Positions 1 through 12,900 of a stretch of 64,000 nucleotides of DNA are shown here, one piece after another. Below the pieces are notes generated by a model, which saw only the letters and a program-made list of their open reading frames with translations, made no database searches and was not told the origin of the DNA. The number at the start of each line of letters is the position of its first letter. Positions within the stretch are counted from its first letter, which is position 1. Source of the DNA: Ascidiella aspersa (taxonomy: Eukaryota); assembly GCA_963924565.1 (NCBI GenBank), contig OZ004607.1:15934001-15998000 (forward strand), read 5' to 3'. A program made the translations under genes and the position numbers.

Positions 1-294
1 ACTGAAAACCGTTAGCGCAACAAAAGTTTTGCACGTTTGAGCGATTTTTCGCGGCTGACTACATTTTACGTTGGTTTTACATAAAATGCACGGCTATGAC
101 CGCAACTGAGCGGAAAACTGCGTGGGGGATAAATCCCAACCTGGGTCGAACCTGAGTTTGGCTTAATTTCTTTTGTCCCACAATTAGGCCTATGTACGGT
201 AAAGTCGTGTTGATTTTTTGATAGGTGCCTGGCGGTCCCAGAAAATTGTCTCGCGGACCCCAAAAGGACAGAGGATCCTAGTTTGAGAACACTG
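1..294. mobile_element. Right end of a hAT (Charlie-like) MITE, truncated by the window edge
   Basis: Ends ...CGCGGACCCC...GTTTGAGAACACTG, the same terminus type as the other CAG(T/G)G-ended MITEs in this window. Confidence 0.55.
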
Positions 295-406
295 GTTTAA
301 ATCCTATTTTGTTTGAATCTAAAACATTCATATTTTTAATTTCATTTGCAGTGCATTATAAAATGCATCTTTGAATATTTTTTGATATTGTAAATTAAAT
401 TAAATT

Positions 407-3400
407 ATGTTAAGAAAATTAAAACATGTGGGAAAGAAGGCTTGCAAATATAAGTTTACCATCGCCCTGAACCATCTTGATGTCCATGGAACCAAAGCAT
501 GGTAATTAAATATATTCTAATAAAGTTATTGGATTTTGACCTGAAAGAAACCATTTTTTCAGATCTTTCACCCTCCCTCTCGTAATATGTGTCATGGCCA
601 CAAAAATGTGCTTTCACAAAATACTTTCAATATGTAATGATCTGCATTATATAGGCAGTGTGTAATGATCTGCATTATTATAGGCAGTGCAGATTAATAG
701 AAACATCACACAAACAGTGCAAATAGGCTCTTAAAGGTAAAACTGAAAAAAAATTGAATATATGAAATCTGTTGTTTTCTTTAACTAAATGTTAGTTTGA
801 CAATGGAATTATGTAAAATCACATAGCATATCAAAGTTCAAAATTCGAAGTGGTGGCTAGGTTGTTTGTGTTAAAAAAAGCGTTTTTTTCTTAGTAAGTC
901 GTTACCAAGGCCCGCAAGGTTTATGGCATTAAACCTGGTTTATTTGATTATTATGATAATACCCATTCTGTGCTGTAAAACAATAAATGTGGTATTAAGT
1001 GTAGGTTTTGTATTTGCAGGCAACCGTTTAAGCTTGCAATAGTATGCACAAGAAGAAAGAAGAGGATTTCTGGAAAAGTAATTTCAAACATACATACATT
1101 CATACTTATTTATATTTATAGTTTTCTAATTTTACTTGTTGAACTATTTTTTTAAATTTCTACTATACATGAAACTAGACAAAATATCTGCCATTGCGCA
1201 TGTTTAATAGGGCATTTACCAGTATAAAAGTATGTCACATAAACTTGGATTAATAACAAAATGCATAGCAATAAATGCTGCATTTTTCTTGGTCAACATC
1301 AAAGAAACCATGAAGCTGTGACCCATTATAACACTATTAGCTTTTCTTGTGTCATCTCGGTGTAATGGGATGGTTTCCACCACTAGAGGCCTTGTATAAA
1401 ACAATGGTTGTCCATTGTTCTAAATTATGTGTCTTTGTGCTTCGTTGTTGTCAAATCTTTTTTGGAACTGACTATTTAAATATGCTTTAATTAATGTAAT
1501 TTATCAGTTTTTATTTGTAATAACTTAAAATACTGCTAACGAGAGGGCCTTAAACATGTACTGTTGCAACTTCAAACTTGTAGTAAAAATGGAGTTTAAA
1601 AGTAAAACATGAAGTATTTGTTCAACTTTGAATCATAAATAAAATATAATTACAAATATTTAAGGTAAGCTAGTTTTGGACAAACCGAAACAAGTATTTT
1701 TATGACCACTTTTACTCAGGTTTGTAAACTTTTTTATAGTTTTATGAGGGAATATTGTAATGTTTTGTAGTAACTACTCTTTTTAAAACTATAACTTAGT
1801 GTAGGAAACTATTTCTGGTTTGGTTTCTTACATGTACTCCAGTGTCATTTTACGAAGGCAAATAAACATAGCCAGCAATGTTATGCAAGCTTGTTCCTAT
1901 GGCTGAAAAGGCATTTCAAGGCATATTTTAGCTACAAAACTGAGTTCTTTAATCTTGATAAACCTTAATTTGTGGAACAATTCAAGGACAGTTTATGGAG
2001 TTATTAGTTTTTAATGTTACAAACAACTGCAGTGAATCTCATCCTAATCGATATGAGGCAAAGAATAGCTTTTTTGGATACAGTAACCGTGATATCATCA
2101 TAATTGTAATACAGGGTTGTTCCTAAGCAAAAATTTACACTCGCCAGCGGGGCGAGCGCTTATCAATCAGCACTCGCCCGGACAAAATAACACTCGCCAA
2201 ATTTGTTGGCACGTCGCCTGCCCATTTACGTCCTAGCGAGGTCATTTATTGGGCTATCGTTAAGCTGTCTTTTGGTTTCTATACGTAAACATTAGTTTTT
2301 CTAAAAGTCTGGTCGTTTATTTTCATGCGTGGATGAACAAATTAACGACCCATAAAGCAGTTTACGCTTAAAACAATTTTGTTTTAGCCGAAATATTTTA
2401 TAAAATCTTTAGTAAAAAAATAACACTGACAATTTAGTAGCCACAGCCTACCTGTTTTCCTTTTTTCTAAAACTATTAACCACTGCAGCAATGACGTCTT
2501 TGGTTTGCCGGTAAACGTTTTTTTTTAACGGGACAAAGAATCATTATTACGATCATACAACGGGACAGAGAGTCCTTATTACGAGCTTTGAACATGACTT
2601 CCATTGACCTTATTAATTGTGTAGTGCTGAATGTATTTGTGTCTTTAGTGTTTAAGGAAATAACTGGCGTTAAGTAATATTTGGCTTAGTAGTGGTGCTT
2701 TAACACAAGTTGTCCTGACCTACACCAACTAATTAAATTTCTCGCCAGTCGGGCAAGTGGGTGTCAATCAGCACTCGCCAGGAGCAATTTGTACTCGCAT
2801 TGGCGAGCGGGCGAGTGCTTAAGCCCAACCCTATAATATGAAATTTAGTAGAATGTATTTACTAGGTTTGCTAAGTTTAAATTTAACTAATTTCTTTAAA
2901 TCGCAGCGCTTTGACCAACTGTATTTTATTTTGTTTTGAACAACTGATCACGTATTGTAAAGTTTAATAAAACGAGCATATGACATTGAGGACATGATTA
3001 AATTTTCATTTAAATGCGTAAAAAAAACAGAAAAAAATAATCCACCATTAATGGTACCTAGGACTATTGACTTAAGACTCTTAAGGGATCGTAAAATTGC
3101 AAAAAAAAGTTCAAGAATACAAAATATGTCAACTTTTTGTGGATTTGGGTCATTTAACTATTAAACATTCCCCCTCTTAGATGTTGTACATACATTACAT
3201 GTGTATTTCGTTGATTTAGGTAATTGTTTTATGTTAATTTGATGTAACTGTGCTGCAAGTGAAAGAGGTTGCCGGACACTGTTTTTATGTAATATAATGT
3301 GACAACATCATTTTTTTAACAACAAAACACTTACACCTCAGTCACAAACAGCAAATTTGTCACCCATAACTATATCATATAAAACTTAAAAATGCTATGC

Positions 3401-3916
3401 CATTTATTTGACCAGCAGTTCTAAGTAGGTTTTACACCCGCTATATAAAGCACTGATAGCAATAAAATATTGAAATTGATTTCATTCCATTAACTGTGAA
3501 TGTTTTCCTCTTTAGGCACAGAGCTGGCGACCAAGTCTGGAAAACCCATATAATGGTGTTGTGACCTGGTCAGGACACAATCAGGAAGCTCTTGAAATAC
3601 ATGTCACCTTTTTCAGGGAGCAATCGGGACAATCTTTTGAGCCAAAAGATTGGGTTTTTGTTTTGGAAAATGTAATTTAAGTGTTTACAATGATGTATTG
3701 ATTTTCATTATACATTCCAACTGGCTTGTTACAGGAAACTCGGAATGGCAAACGAAAACCAATAGCAACTGTTCGAATGGACATGTGTAAATATATATTG
3801 GATGTCCCATCCCCGCAACCCATTGAAGTGCAGATGAAACCTCTGAACAGAAAGCTGCTATCAGCTACTTTGAAGTTTACACTTACTTGTATATTCATGT
3901 CTGAAAAACTTGCCAC
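407..3916 (+). CDS. EHBP1: EHBP1 N-terminal C2 (NT-C2) domain, exons 1-4
   Basis: Exons 407-501, 1020-1077, 3516-3671 and 3735-3916 translate to [21 protein letters not shown]...[21 protein letters not shown], matching the EHBP1 NT-C2 pattern. Confidence 0.92.
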
Positions 3917-6900
3917 GTAAGTTGACTTGTCCTTGAGTTTATTGGCTTTTGAGCATTTCTCTGTTTTTAAGCATAACTAACTATTAATAATTATTGTATA
4001 GTGAGGCTGACTTAGCTTCAATGGCTGGCAGCACAACCAGTGAAGACACAATCCACTTGGGCGATATTGATATTGCTAATGTGCATGACTTTGATGATTC
4101 TGAAGGTAAGTTAGTAAACAGAGCTATATCCTTTGTTTTGCAATACTGTCCCTACATTATCACCAATGTAACATTGTGTGATTGTTCATGATTTTTGTTC
4201 ATGGTTATTTTTTGTCATTGCATTCTCTTTTGTTTTCTTAGTTGAAGGAAGTTCACGTGGTAGCACTTTAGATGGCCACACAACAAAAACCTCAAACAAC
4301 ATTCAGCGAGAGTTGCATGACTTGACACAACAAATAGAGTCTTTTAAATTCCCAATGAGTGATTTAGACACATCTTCACAAAAAACATCTTCTGCAGTTG
4401 ATGTCATTGACGGTTGTAGCTTCATAAAAATGTTTATTTTTTGTGAAATATATAATCATGAAGCGTTTGACAATATGCGTTGTACATAGTTTAAAAGAAA
4501 AATGCATGAATTTATAGACAATCGTTTAGTTATGTCAGTTAGGTAGACTATTAACGATGTTTTTATTTAGGCGTTTTTTTTAATTTTTTGTCGTTATTGT
4601 TTAATTTCCTATATTACAACATCACAACTTTCTTTCAAAGTGTCTAGTCAACTGAAGAGCTTTTTTCATAATTAAAAAAAAATCTGTTTTAACATCCACT
4701 GGTGACGAAAATGGTTTTCTGGTCCAACCTAAATTGTTTAAAATTAAAAATTAGTTGTTAGGGAGAGGCCACAGGCCAAATGCCTATACACATAAGGTAG
4801 TGTTTGTTTCTCCAATATCTTGAACTTTGTCATTTTATCGCTATAATGATTTTCTGAGGTATTATTACTTTGTGTTAAAAGGTTTTTAACACAATTTTCT
4901 TCATTATAACTTACAAAAAAACAATTTTATGTTTTATATAATTTATTAACTTCTTATTAGCTTAACAAGTGATGTATTTACATTGCTGTCCAATACACTG
5001 TTTTTAAAAGTTCAAACTCCTATTTTGGCAAATTAATGTGTTGATGCTTTAAAACTGCTGAGTTTTCTTAATTGTTTAGCTGTCAAGAACCATGCGTGAA
5101 GTACTTAACTAATTTATAACCTTTTACAGTACAAAGTGCAAAGTCAGGGAGTAGGCATACAAGTACAAGCAGTGTGCCCTCCGAGAAAACTTCTACCAGT
5201 CATGGCTCTAGTAATGACAATAAAAGGTTTGTGTCCCTTTGAAGTTTAATATTTATAGCTTCCCTTTATATGAATGATGACCTCCTTCTTTTCACTTTAA
5301 AAACAAATCTCACATAAAATCAAGATAGAGCTTAAATTTATTGAGGTATAGCATTTTATAATCTAAAAATAATACTTAAAAGGCCAAAAATTACTAATTT
5401 ATATTTCATTCACCATGCAGAAATAAAAAATGAGTTTACCGTATTTATTCTTTAGAATAGATGCTTCAACTTTGATTGTGGAAAACGATGTTCCAGATAA
5501 CATGCCTCATTCTAAAGAAAAAAGGTTAAGCCAATCATCCGAAGGTGACCAGAAACATTTAATCATTTTTTTGTGTGTAAACGGTACAATTTAAGTGTCT
5601 ACAACTGTTTCTTGACTCAAACCTATGCCTAACTAAATTTATTGGAATTTTTGCATGAATATAATGGTATATGTGTTCTCCACAAAATAACCTACATCCA
5701 TTTCCTAATGGAAGACTAGGCACTCATTGGCAGGTGTTTTTAGTGTCCACCAAAATCCATTTGTATATATGCTCAAATCCTGCACGCTTGTTTGGTTAAC
5801 CTGTCTTGCCAAATTTTGGTGTAAATATTGGTATATTGACACTGTTGTTTTCCTTTTAGTTTTTGATATTTTTCTTATTCCTTCTATTATATATTATGAT
5901 GAAGCATTTGTGCTTGCTTAGTTGTTTTGGTTAATTGCAGTGTCACATCAGGAGTTGTCCTGAGTATGTTGACAACTTGTTTATATTGCCATCATCTAGT
6001 TTTTCAGCTACCATTTTTTACAGTTTGGGCTACTTTTGATTTGTATTTATTACTTTTTGTCACCCGTTTTTATTAGTCTTTTTATGTTATGAATTCTGCA
6101 TAAATGTGCAACAAAAGTTGAATCTTGCACGAAAAATGCCACTATTTGTTTAAAATAGTTAACTTTAATTTAGATTTTAGAGGGGTATGTGAACATTGTT
6201 GGAAATATTGGGAATTTTTAAGGGTAGCATTGACCCAAAAGCTCATCATTAAAATACGTAAAACATTTGTATAAAACACTTACAATGTTTTTTTTTGCTA
6301 ATTAAAGCTTTAAACCCTAACCCAAATATAGTGCGTTATTGTAATAATTATTTGACACTGGGGAAAAAGCCCAAACTCGGGTAGGCATAAGATAACTTCT
6401 CGTCCAGGGTATATAGGATTGTTACGTCACAAATTGGTGTATTGGAACCTAAAGTTTTTATTAGTTTTTAATCTTAAGGTGCTAAATGCCAGGCAGCAAA
6501 CTCAATACAAGATCCGGAGATTAGTATCCAAAAGCAGAAAATTCTGCCTGTCTGGTTTTGTTTTTACCGTTGCAACTTTTGACTTGTGCAATTTGTGCTT
6601 TTAATTGACGTTTTACTTTCCCAGCATAGTCGCAAAGGCAATGTGCTACACACGTAACTTGAAGCTGCATGGTATTTCAGGATTGTGCTAGTGCTCACCT
6701 TACATTTTGCAGTATCAGACAGTTGCTTGTTTTATGACATGATGTTATGACATAAATATGTGTTGGCATGTCAACTCTAAAACTTTCAAAGGTGTTATGT
6801 TGCAATTTTAAGTAACATTCTATCTTGACAACCTCTTAATTTAACAACAGTCTTGTAACCCAAATGATTGTCCCAACCCACATATAATAAAGAAGGGAAC

Positions 6901-9900
6901 GCTGTTGACTCTACTATTTTGCCGTGTTTGATACTACTATATACATCTATTACAGCTTCCCATTCGTCGACTCCTAAGCTTAAACGGAGACTGCGACCTT
7001 CAGTAGACTTCTTACCCCAGTTGCAATCTGAAGAAAGTGAAAATTTACAACAGGTTTGAACTACGTATACAGAATGATATTTAACCTTTGTAGGCGAACA
7101 AACAATAAGACCTAAAAAGCAACGATGCCTAAAGCAGAAAAATCTATAATACCATAGTATTAGGCCCAAGAGCATAAAAAAACAAATACCCATATCCACG
7201 ACAGATTAAGATCTAAAATCCTCTGAATAAGACCTAAATCTGTCGGGACTCGGGATACAGCTTAAATTCATTGAAATAAAGCCAAAATAGACAAATTTAG
7301 GCCTGAAACTGCAAGGAGAGGATATGGAATGATTGGGGGCCGTCTGGCATCGATTGACAGTTTTGGTGTCAACGTTTAAGCGCCGTAGTTTTATAGACGT
7401 TGTTGGGATTTGTAACTCGATTTTTTGGCCGATTTGGGGTTAAGGGTGGAGTTACAAAATGGGTTATTAAGGGAATTTGTGATGTACTTGGGGGTTGGGT
7501 TTGTTGTTAGGTGAAATTTGTATAAGCATGATTCTGACATCTGACTGGACTTATTTCGATTTATACATTATTATGACTATAAGGTATCAGTCCTATTTTG
7601 GTCTTATTTCGAACTGTGTTTTATTGCGACAGTGATGTTGTTCTTATTTCAGTCTTTTGGCTGGAATCCCTTTGTAGGTCTTTGAAATTTTTTTTACATG
7701 TTATTAAACATTATGCATAAATATAAAATATATTTTGGGCACAGAATTAGTACCATATTGAAAATAGTAAAAAAAACAGTGTTTATATAAAAGTTTTAAA
7801 AATGTTACAACCTCATTTAGATTGATCAACCTTCATCAGTTGGAAATTCACCAGCCACAGACAATCAGAAGGCACTCCTTAGGTGGTGCCAGAGAGTTAC
7901 TGCTGGACACCAGGGAGTAAAGGTCACTAACTTTACAACGTCCTGGCGAAACGGGTTGGCACTTTGTGCCATACTTCATCACTATAAACCCGATTTAATG
8001 TAAGCTAAAATATAAATGTAATCACTGTGTTTAAAATCCTAAAATATTCATATTAAATAAATGCGCTCTATTTTTTACATCCTACGTTTATCGTGTTTTT
8101 TCCCTAAGTTTACTGGTGAAGACTCGGAGGTTACCTTACTCTGAAACTCGTTACCAAACATTTCCTTTTATTTACCTCGCATTAGTTTATACAGAACAAA
8201 ATAGATGCCTATTTATCAGCATCGTTTAGATATGGCACACTTACTAATTTACTTGTGTTATCTTATAATATTTAAAACACCCAACATTTCATGTTAAAAT
8301 TTACCGAAAATCGTTTCCGGATGTTTTTTTTTCGTGAAAAATATAATCATGAAGCGTTTGACAATATGCGTTGTACATAGTTTAAAAGACCATTTTTTTA
8401 ACATTGCGCTGAAGAAGAAAAATGCATGAAATTATAGACAATCGTTAGTTATGTCAGTTAGGTACACTTTTAACGATTTTTTTATTTAGGCGTTTTTTTA
8501 TTTTTTGTTGTTGATGTTTAATTTCCTATATTACAACATCACAACTTTCTTTCAAAGTGTCTAGTCAACTGAAGAGCTTTTTTCATAATTAAAAAAAATC
8601 TGTTGTTTTAACATCCTCTGGTGACGTAAATGGTTTTCTGGTCCAACCTAAATTGTTTAAGCTTCTCTTAAGGTGTTTTTTTAACGTTGTGCTTTTGCAG
8701 AGACTATACAAACTTGAAATCGTTAGATGGGAAGCAGAATATAAAAAAGGTAAATATGTTCGGATTAGGCAAGGTATTGTTTTTATGTTTAACGTGCTGA
8801 AATATACATGCATACACAACACATCCGTTAACAACAACTGAAATCTAGCACTACAGGAGTCGCCCTTTTATTCCCCTTTTTAACGATAACTGCACATATC
8901 ATAGTTTTGAAGACTAACCGAATCAGTCGTTCCTTAAAAAAATTAGTGCAAGCAAGGCAGAGGCGTAGCGAGGGTATTTTGCGCCCGGGGGCAAACTTTA
9001 AATTTGGCGTCCCCTCCTCCATGTTCAATCACATTTTTTTATTGAATTAACATATTATACCGTACTTTATACGGAAACAGTTAAGAAGCGTTTTAGTTAT
9101 ACAAACTACACGTATGACTCACCTAGTCACTGTCAAACATGAATGATTAACAACTATAGATTATTTTTCACGTCATCGAAATCTGTTGTTTCCAATGTTT
9201 CTCTTTCAACTCTAAGAATAGCAAAATCTTTGAGACGATCCTGTCCCATTGATGCACGGCGTTGCGCGCAGATACGACAAAATAAGTTTCAATTTGCTGA
9301 ACGACCACTCACAACTTGCAATTGAAACTGCTATTGTTAGCAGAATTTGTAGTGAACATCGCATATTTGGAAATACGTCATCATCATAAAACACAATAAA
9401 ACCAACAAACTCTAAAGGAGTTCGGTTACTGAGCAGCATTCGGCAATCACCAATTTCAATGAAAAGATCGTTGTCATTGATGTTCGTGTCGTAGAAATTT
9501 GCAAAATCTGCACAATTTCGACGCATTGCATCCTCATCTGTGTCAGATAGAAGAGTCTTAACGTCCAACAAATATCCAAATTTATTGTTCAGGTCTTTTA
9601 GTCGTGAAAAAACGTGTTGACATCTCATATTGAAGCCTATGAAATACATTCTTCATAACGCGCAGAATTTCTTCTTCAGCTCAATCCCCAGATTGAGTAT
9701 TTTGTTTTGGCCTTTTTTACAGCAGCTTGGCTCAAACCATCACGAAATGAGTCTTGGCTTTTATAGTGATTTTAATGGTTTAGTTTGGTGTTCATTTTGT
9801 TTTTTATGATGTCCTATACTTTACATTAAAATTGCACGTGTAGGTGACTGAAGACATAGTTCATGGATTTGCGATTTGCGAACTTCGCTACTAATTTTTA

Positions 9901-12900
9901 ATAGTTTTTCAGTTGTTGGACTATAATTGCTACTTTTACGACCGATTCTAGGGCTATGTTTAGTCGGAACAATTATACCATATAAGTGTGCAATTGGGTT
10001 TGGCACCACTATTACGCCTGTACAAACTCTGTTTTTTTGCCCAACGATTGAAACTTCTGAAAAGTTCTCGTTTATTTTCTTGTTTTTTTTCAGTTGTATT
10101 TAGCACAATTGAGTCTCTGTGAGTACCATTGCATGTTTTCGAAGAAAAACGGTCCTATGTAAATTATAGTTTGGCTAACTTATATATAAACGATAAAAGT
10201 CATCCCTTTTTCAACTATTTTATATATAACAGGCTAGAAACACGGAGACACGAACCCTTTTTTAGCTAATTTAACCAAATAAGCAGAACTTTTTCACGCT
10301 ACGTGCGACCAACGTACACTTTACTCTTTTTTATGTTGTCTAACTAATATGTAATTCCAAAATACCGAATTGATTTTCGTAGGGGGAGCGAAGCGCAGGA
10401 CAATTATCAAAGGGGGCGCGGTTTAATAAAGGTTAAGAACACTAAGCTAGACGAAACCAGCTGCACGCAGAATCAGTATCTTGGCTGCTGTGATGGCTGG
10501 TAATAGCATAAGTCTGGGTGTGGGTTGCGTATCAGATGACGTCTGCCACAGCCGCTGGTGCGATCTTGCTTGTAATCGTTTTTTGCCCTTGTTGTGAAAA
10601 GTTTGTAAGCCTCATTTTGGCGCCCCTCTACCTTGGCGCCCGGGGACATATGTACCCCCCCGCACCCCCCCTAGCTACTCCTCTGAAGCAAGGTCAGGCT
10701 TGAGAAAAATTAGCCTGTGGTAAGCCGGCACCGTCGCTCTACCAACTGAACTACACAGACTTAACCGGAACCGGAAAGCAAGTCAAACAAAAACCATGGC
10801 ACCATTGTCGGTTGCATCTTCATTTTGAAGGAGTTCTACTATATAAAGTCACCGACAAGTTTTTTTACGTGCCTGATCGCATGAAAACTGTTTACCTGAT
10901 CGGCTGATTGGGTTAGTTTTCCCGAGGAATTAAGGAAGCTCTCCCCGTTTCATTTAAGAAATTATTTTATGTTTTATACCTGTTTTTATAAACGGTCTTA
11001 ACATCATCTTTATGTTTATTGTATGTTGAATTACCGTATTGCTTTATAATGTTTAAGGCTTTCGATGGATTCAGATCTCTTGGCTTACCTTTTCTACAAA
11101 ACCGAACAACATCTTCAATATCTGATAAAAGTAGCCTTATCTTCTACCTTAGCAAGATAAGAGAAGCTTTTGAACAAGATGCAGGAGACCAGGTACTTTT
11201 TTTTTCTTGTGTTTGGTTAATGGCACTAGTCATTTTATTTGTTCGGTTATTTTCTATATTTTTTATACTTTTCACGCAGAATGGATCACTGTCACAATTG
11301 TCGAACCGCCCCAACCTCCTGAACAGTCCCGTACTTTGTCAAATGGCAAGGGTGAAACTCCTTTCTGACCTGGAAGAAAAGGAGGATGAAGATGACGTCT
11401 TCTCGGCTGCTCTTGATGAGGTCCTTGAGCAGGAGAGTGAAACCTTATCAGAGCAGTTCAGTCCCGAAGCTAGCACTTGTGCGTTTAGGTCCTCTAACAC
11501 CTCTGTAACTTGCCCAGTCGCTGTTAATGCCGAGCCGAAGATTTTACCTGGTGTTACTTCGAACTCTGTAACTTCTGTTGACAAAATAAGCAACCAATCG
11601 TCGGACAATGTTGCCGACATTAAGCTCGAAACAACCTCTTTCGCCCCTGAAATGAAAGCTGAAGAGGTCAGTTTCGATGTTAAAGAAGATATTACACAAT
11701 GCGTGTCATTAAACTTCTACCCCGAAAATAATTCTACTCCCATTGACACACATACCCCGTCTGTGCATTACGATAATACTGACGTCGTTCAGTCGGCCAC
11801 CACTTCAAACTTGTGCGAAGATCAAAATTCCACAAGATTGAGTTTGGTTGCAAATAAAGGTATAGACTCCCCGACTGCCATTAACAATTGTAATTCGCTT
11901 GGTAATCTATTGGAGAAAGTAGAAGTACCCTCAAACGAAGTTCCAGTATTTGAACTCCATGTAGATGATGCTTATTCTAATGAAAATTTGTCGGAAAGTC
12001 CTGATGTTATAGATGGAAGGGAAAGTGTTGATGTCACGAACAATTCAAGTCCTGACACATCTCCAAAACTAACTAAAGTTGGAAATGGTGTTGCCAAGGT
12101 TTGGAATTGTTGGTGTTTTGTAGTGATTTGTCAGTGTAAAGGCTTTCCGTGAGGATAAAAATATATAACAATTATTATTATAATTTGGATTGCTTGTCTA
12201 CATACTATATGTGCTGGTGAATATCTGCGGTGGGTAAACTTTTTATACGGCGAAAGCCCTTTAATTTTCTGATGGATGACCCTATTTAGTTTTAACACTA
12301 AAAAATAATTCCTATTAACATTACAATGAAATCAGTTAACTATCTACACGAGCTGTAAAACATTAACTTCGTCCCATTAACTTAATTGTTAGTTCTCCAG
12401 CTCCTCTCAATCAACTTAAATCTTACTTGCAAACCTTAGCAGTTTGAGAACCACTGGCCTAGCTTATGTGTTAGGCAACTGTGTGGTGTGCATTGTACTT
12501 TTGTGTGTTATTAGCGTGGAATGCAAGTTTGTGCTTTGTTGATGCGTGTTGAATGCTTGTGTTTTTAAGTTGTTTTCTTCTGATAATTAAAATATTTTTT
12601 TTTATCATACCTTTACGCCATACTTAATATATAGATATGTTCCGCTAAAGCGCAACAGTATTCCTGTTCTGAACCCGTTCCGTTTGAACCTGCCGTGTTT
12701 GATTCGAACCTGAACCAACACCAATCATTCAACGAAGAAGAAACTGTACGACTGAAGGCGGACGATCCCCTGCAAGAGACTGTCGAGCAGTTATTGGTAA
12801 TTTTTACGAATATAAAGTTATATATTAATCAAGCAAACGGGCAGCATGATTTATTTTTAATAAGTTAACACAATATTTGCTCATTCAAAAAATGTAATCT

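Noticed and set aside
6315-6325. CCCTAACCC telomere-like motif (also at ~54685)
   Set aside because: Isolated 1.5 units, not an array; at most remnants of a small repeat family.
11019-12152. 377-aa ORF as a standalone membrane protein gene
   Set aside because: It is two EHBP1 exons joined through an in-frame intron, plus flanking intron sequence.
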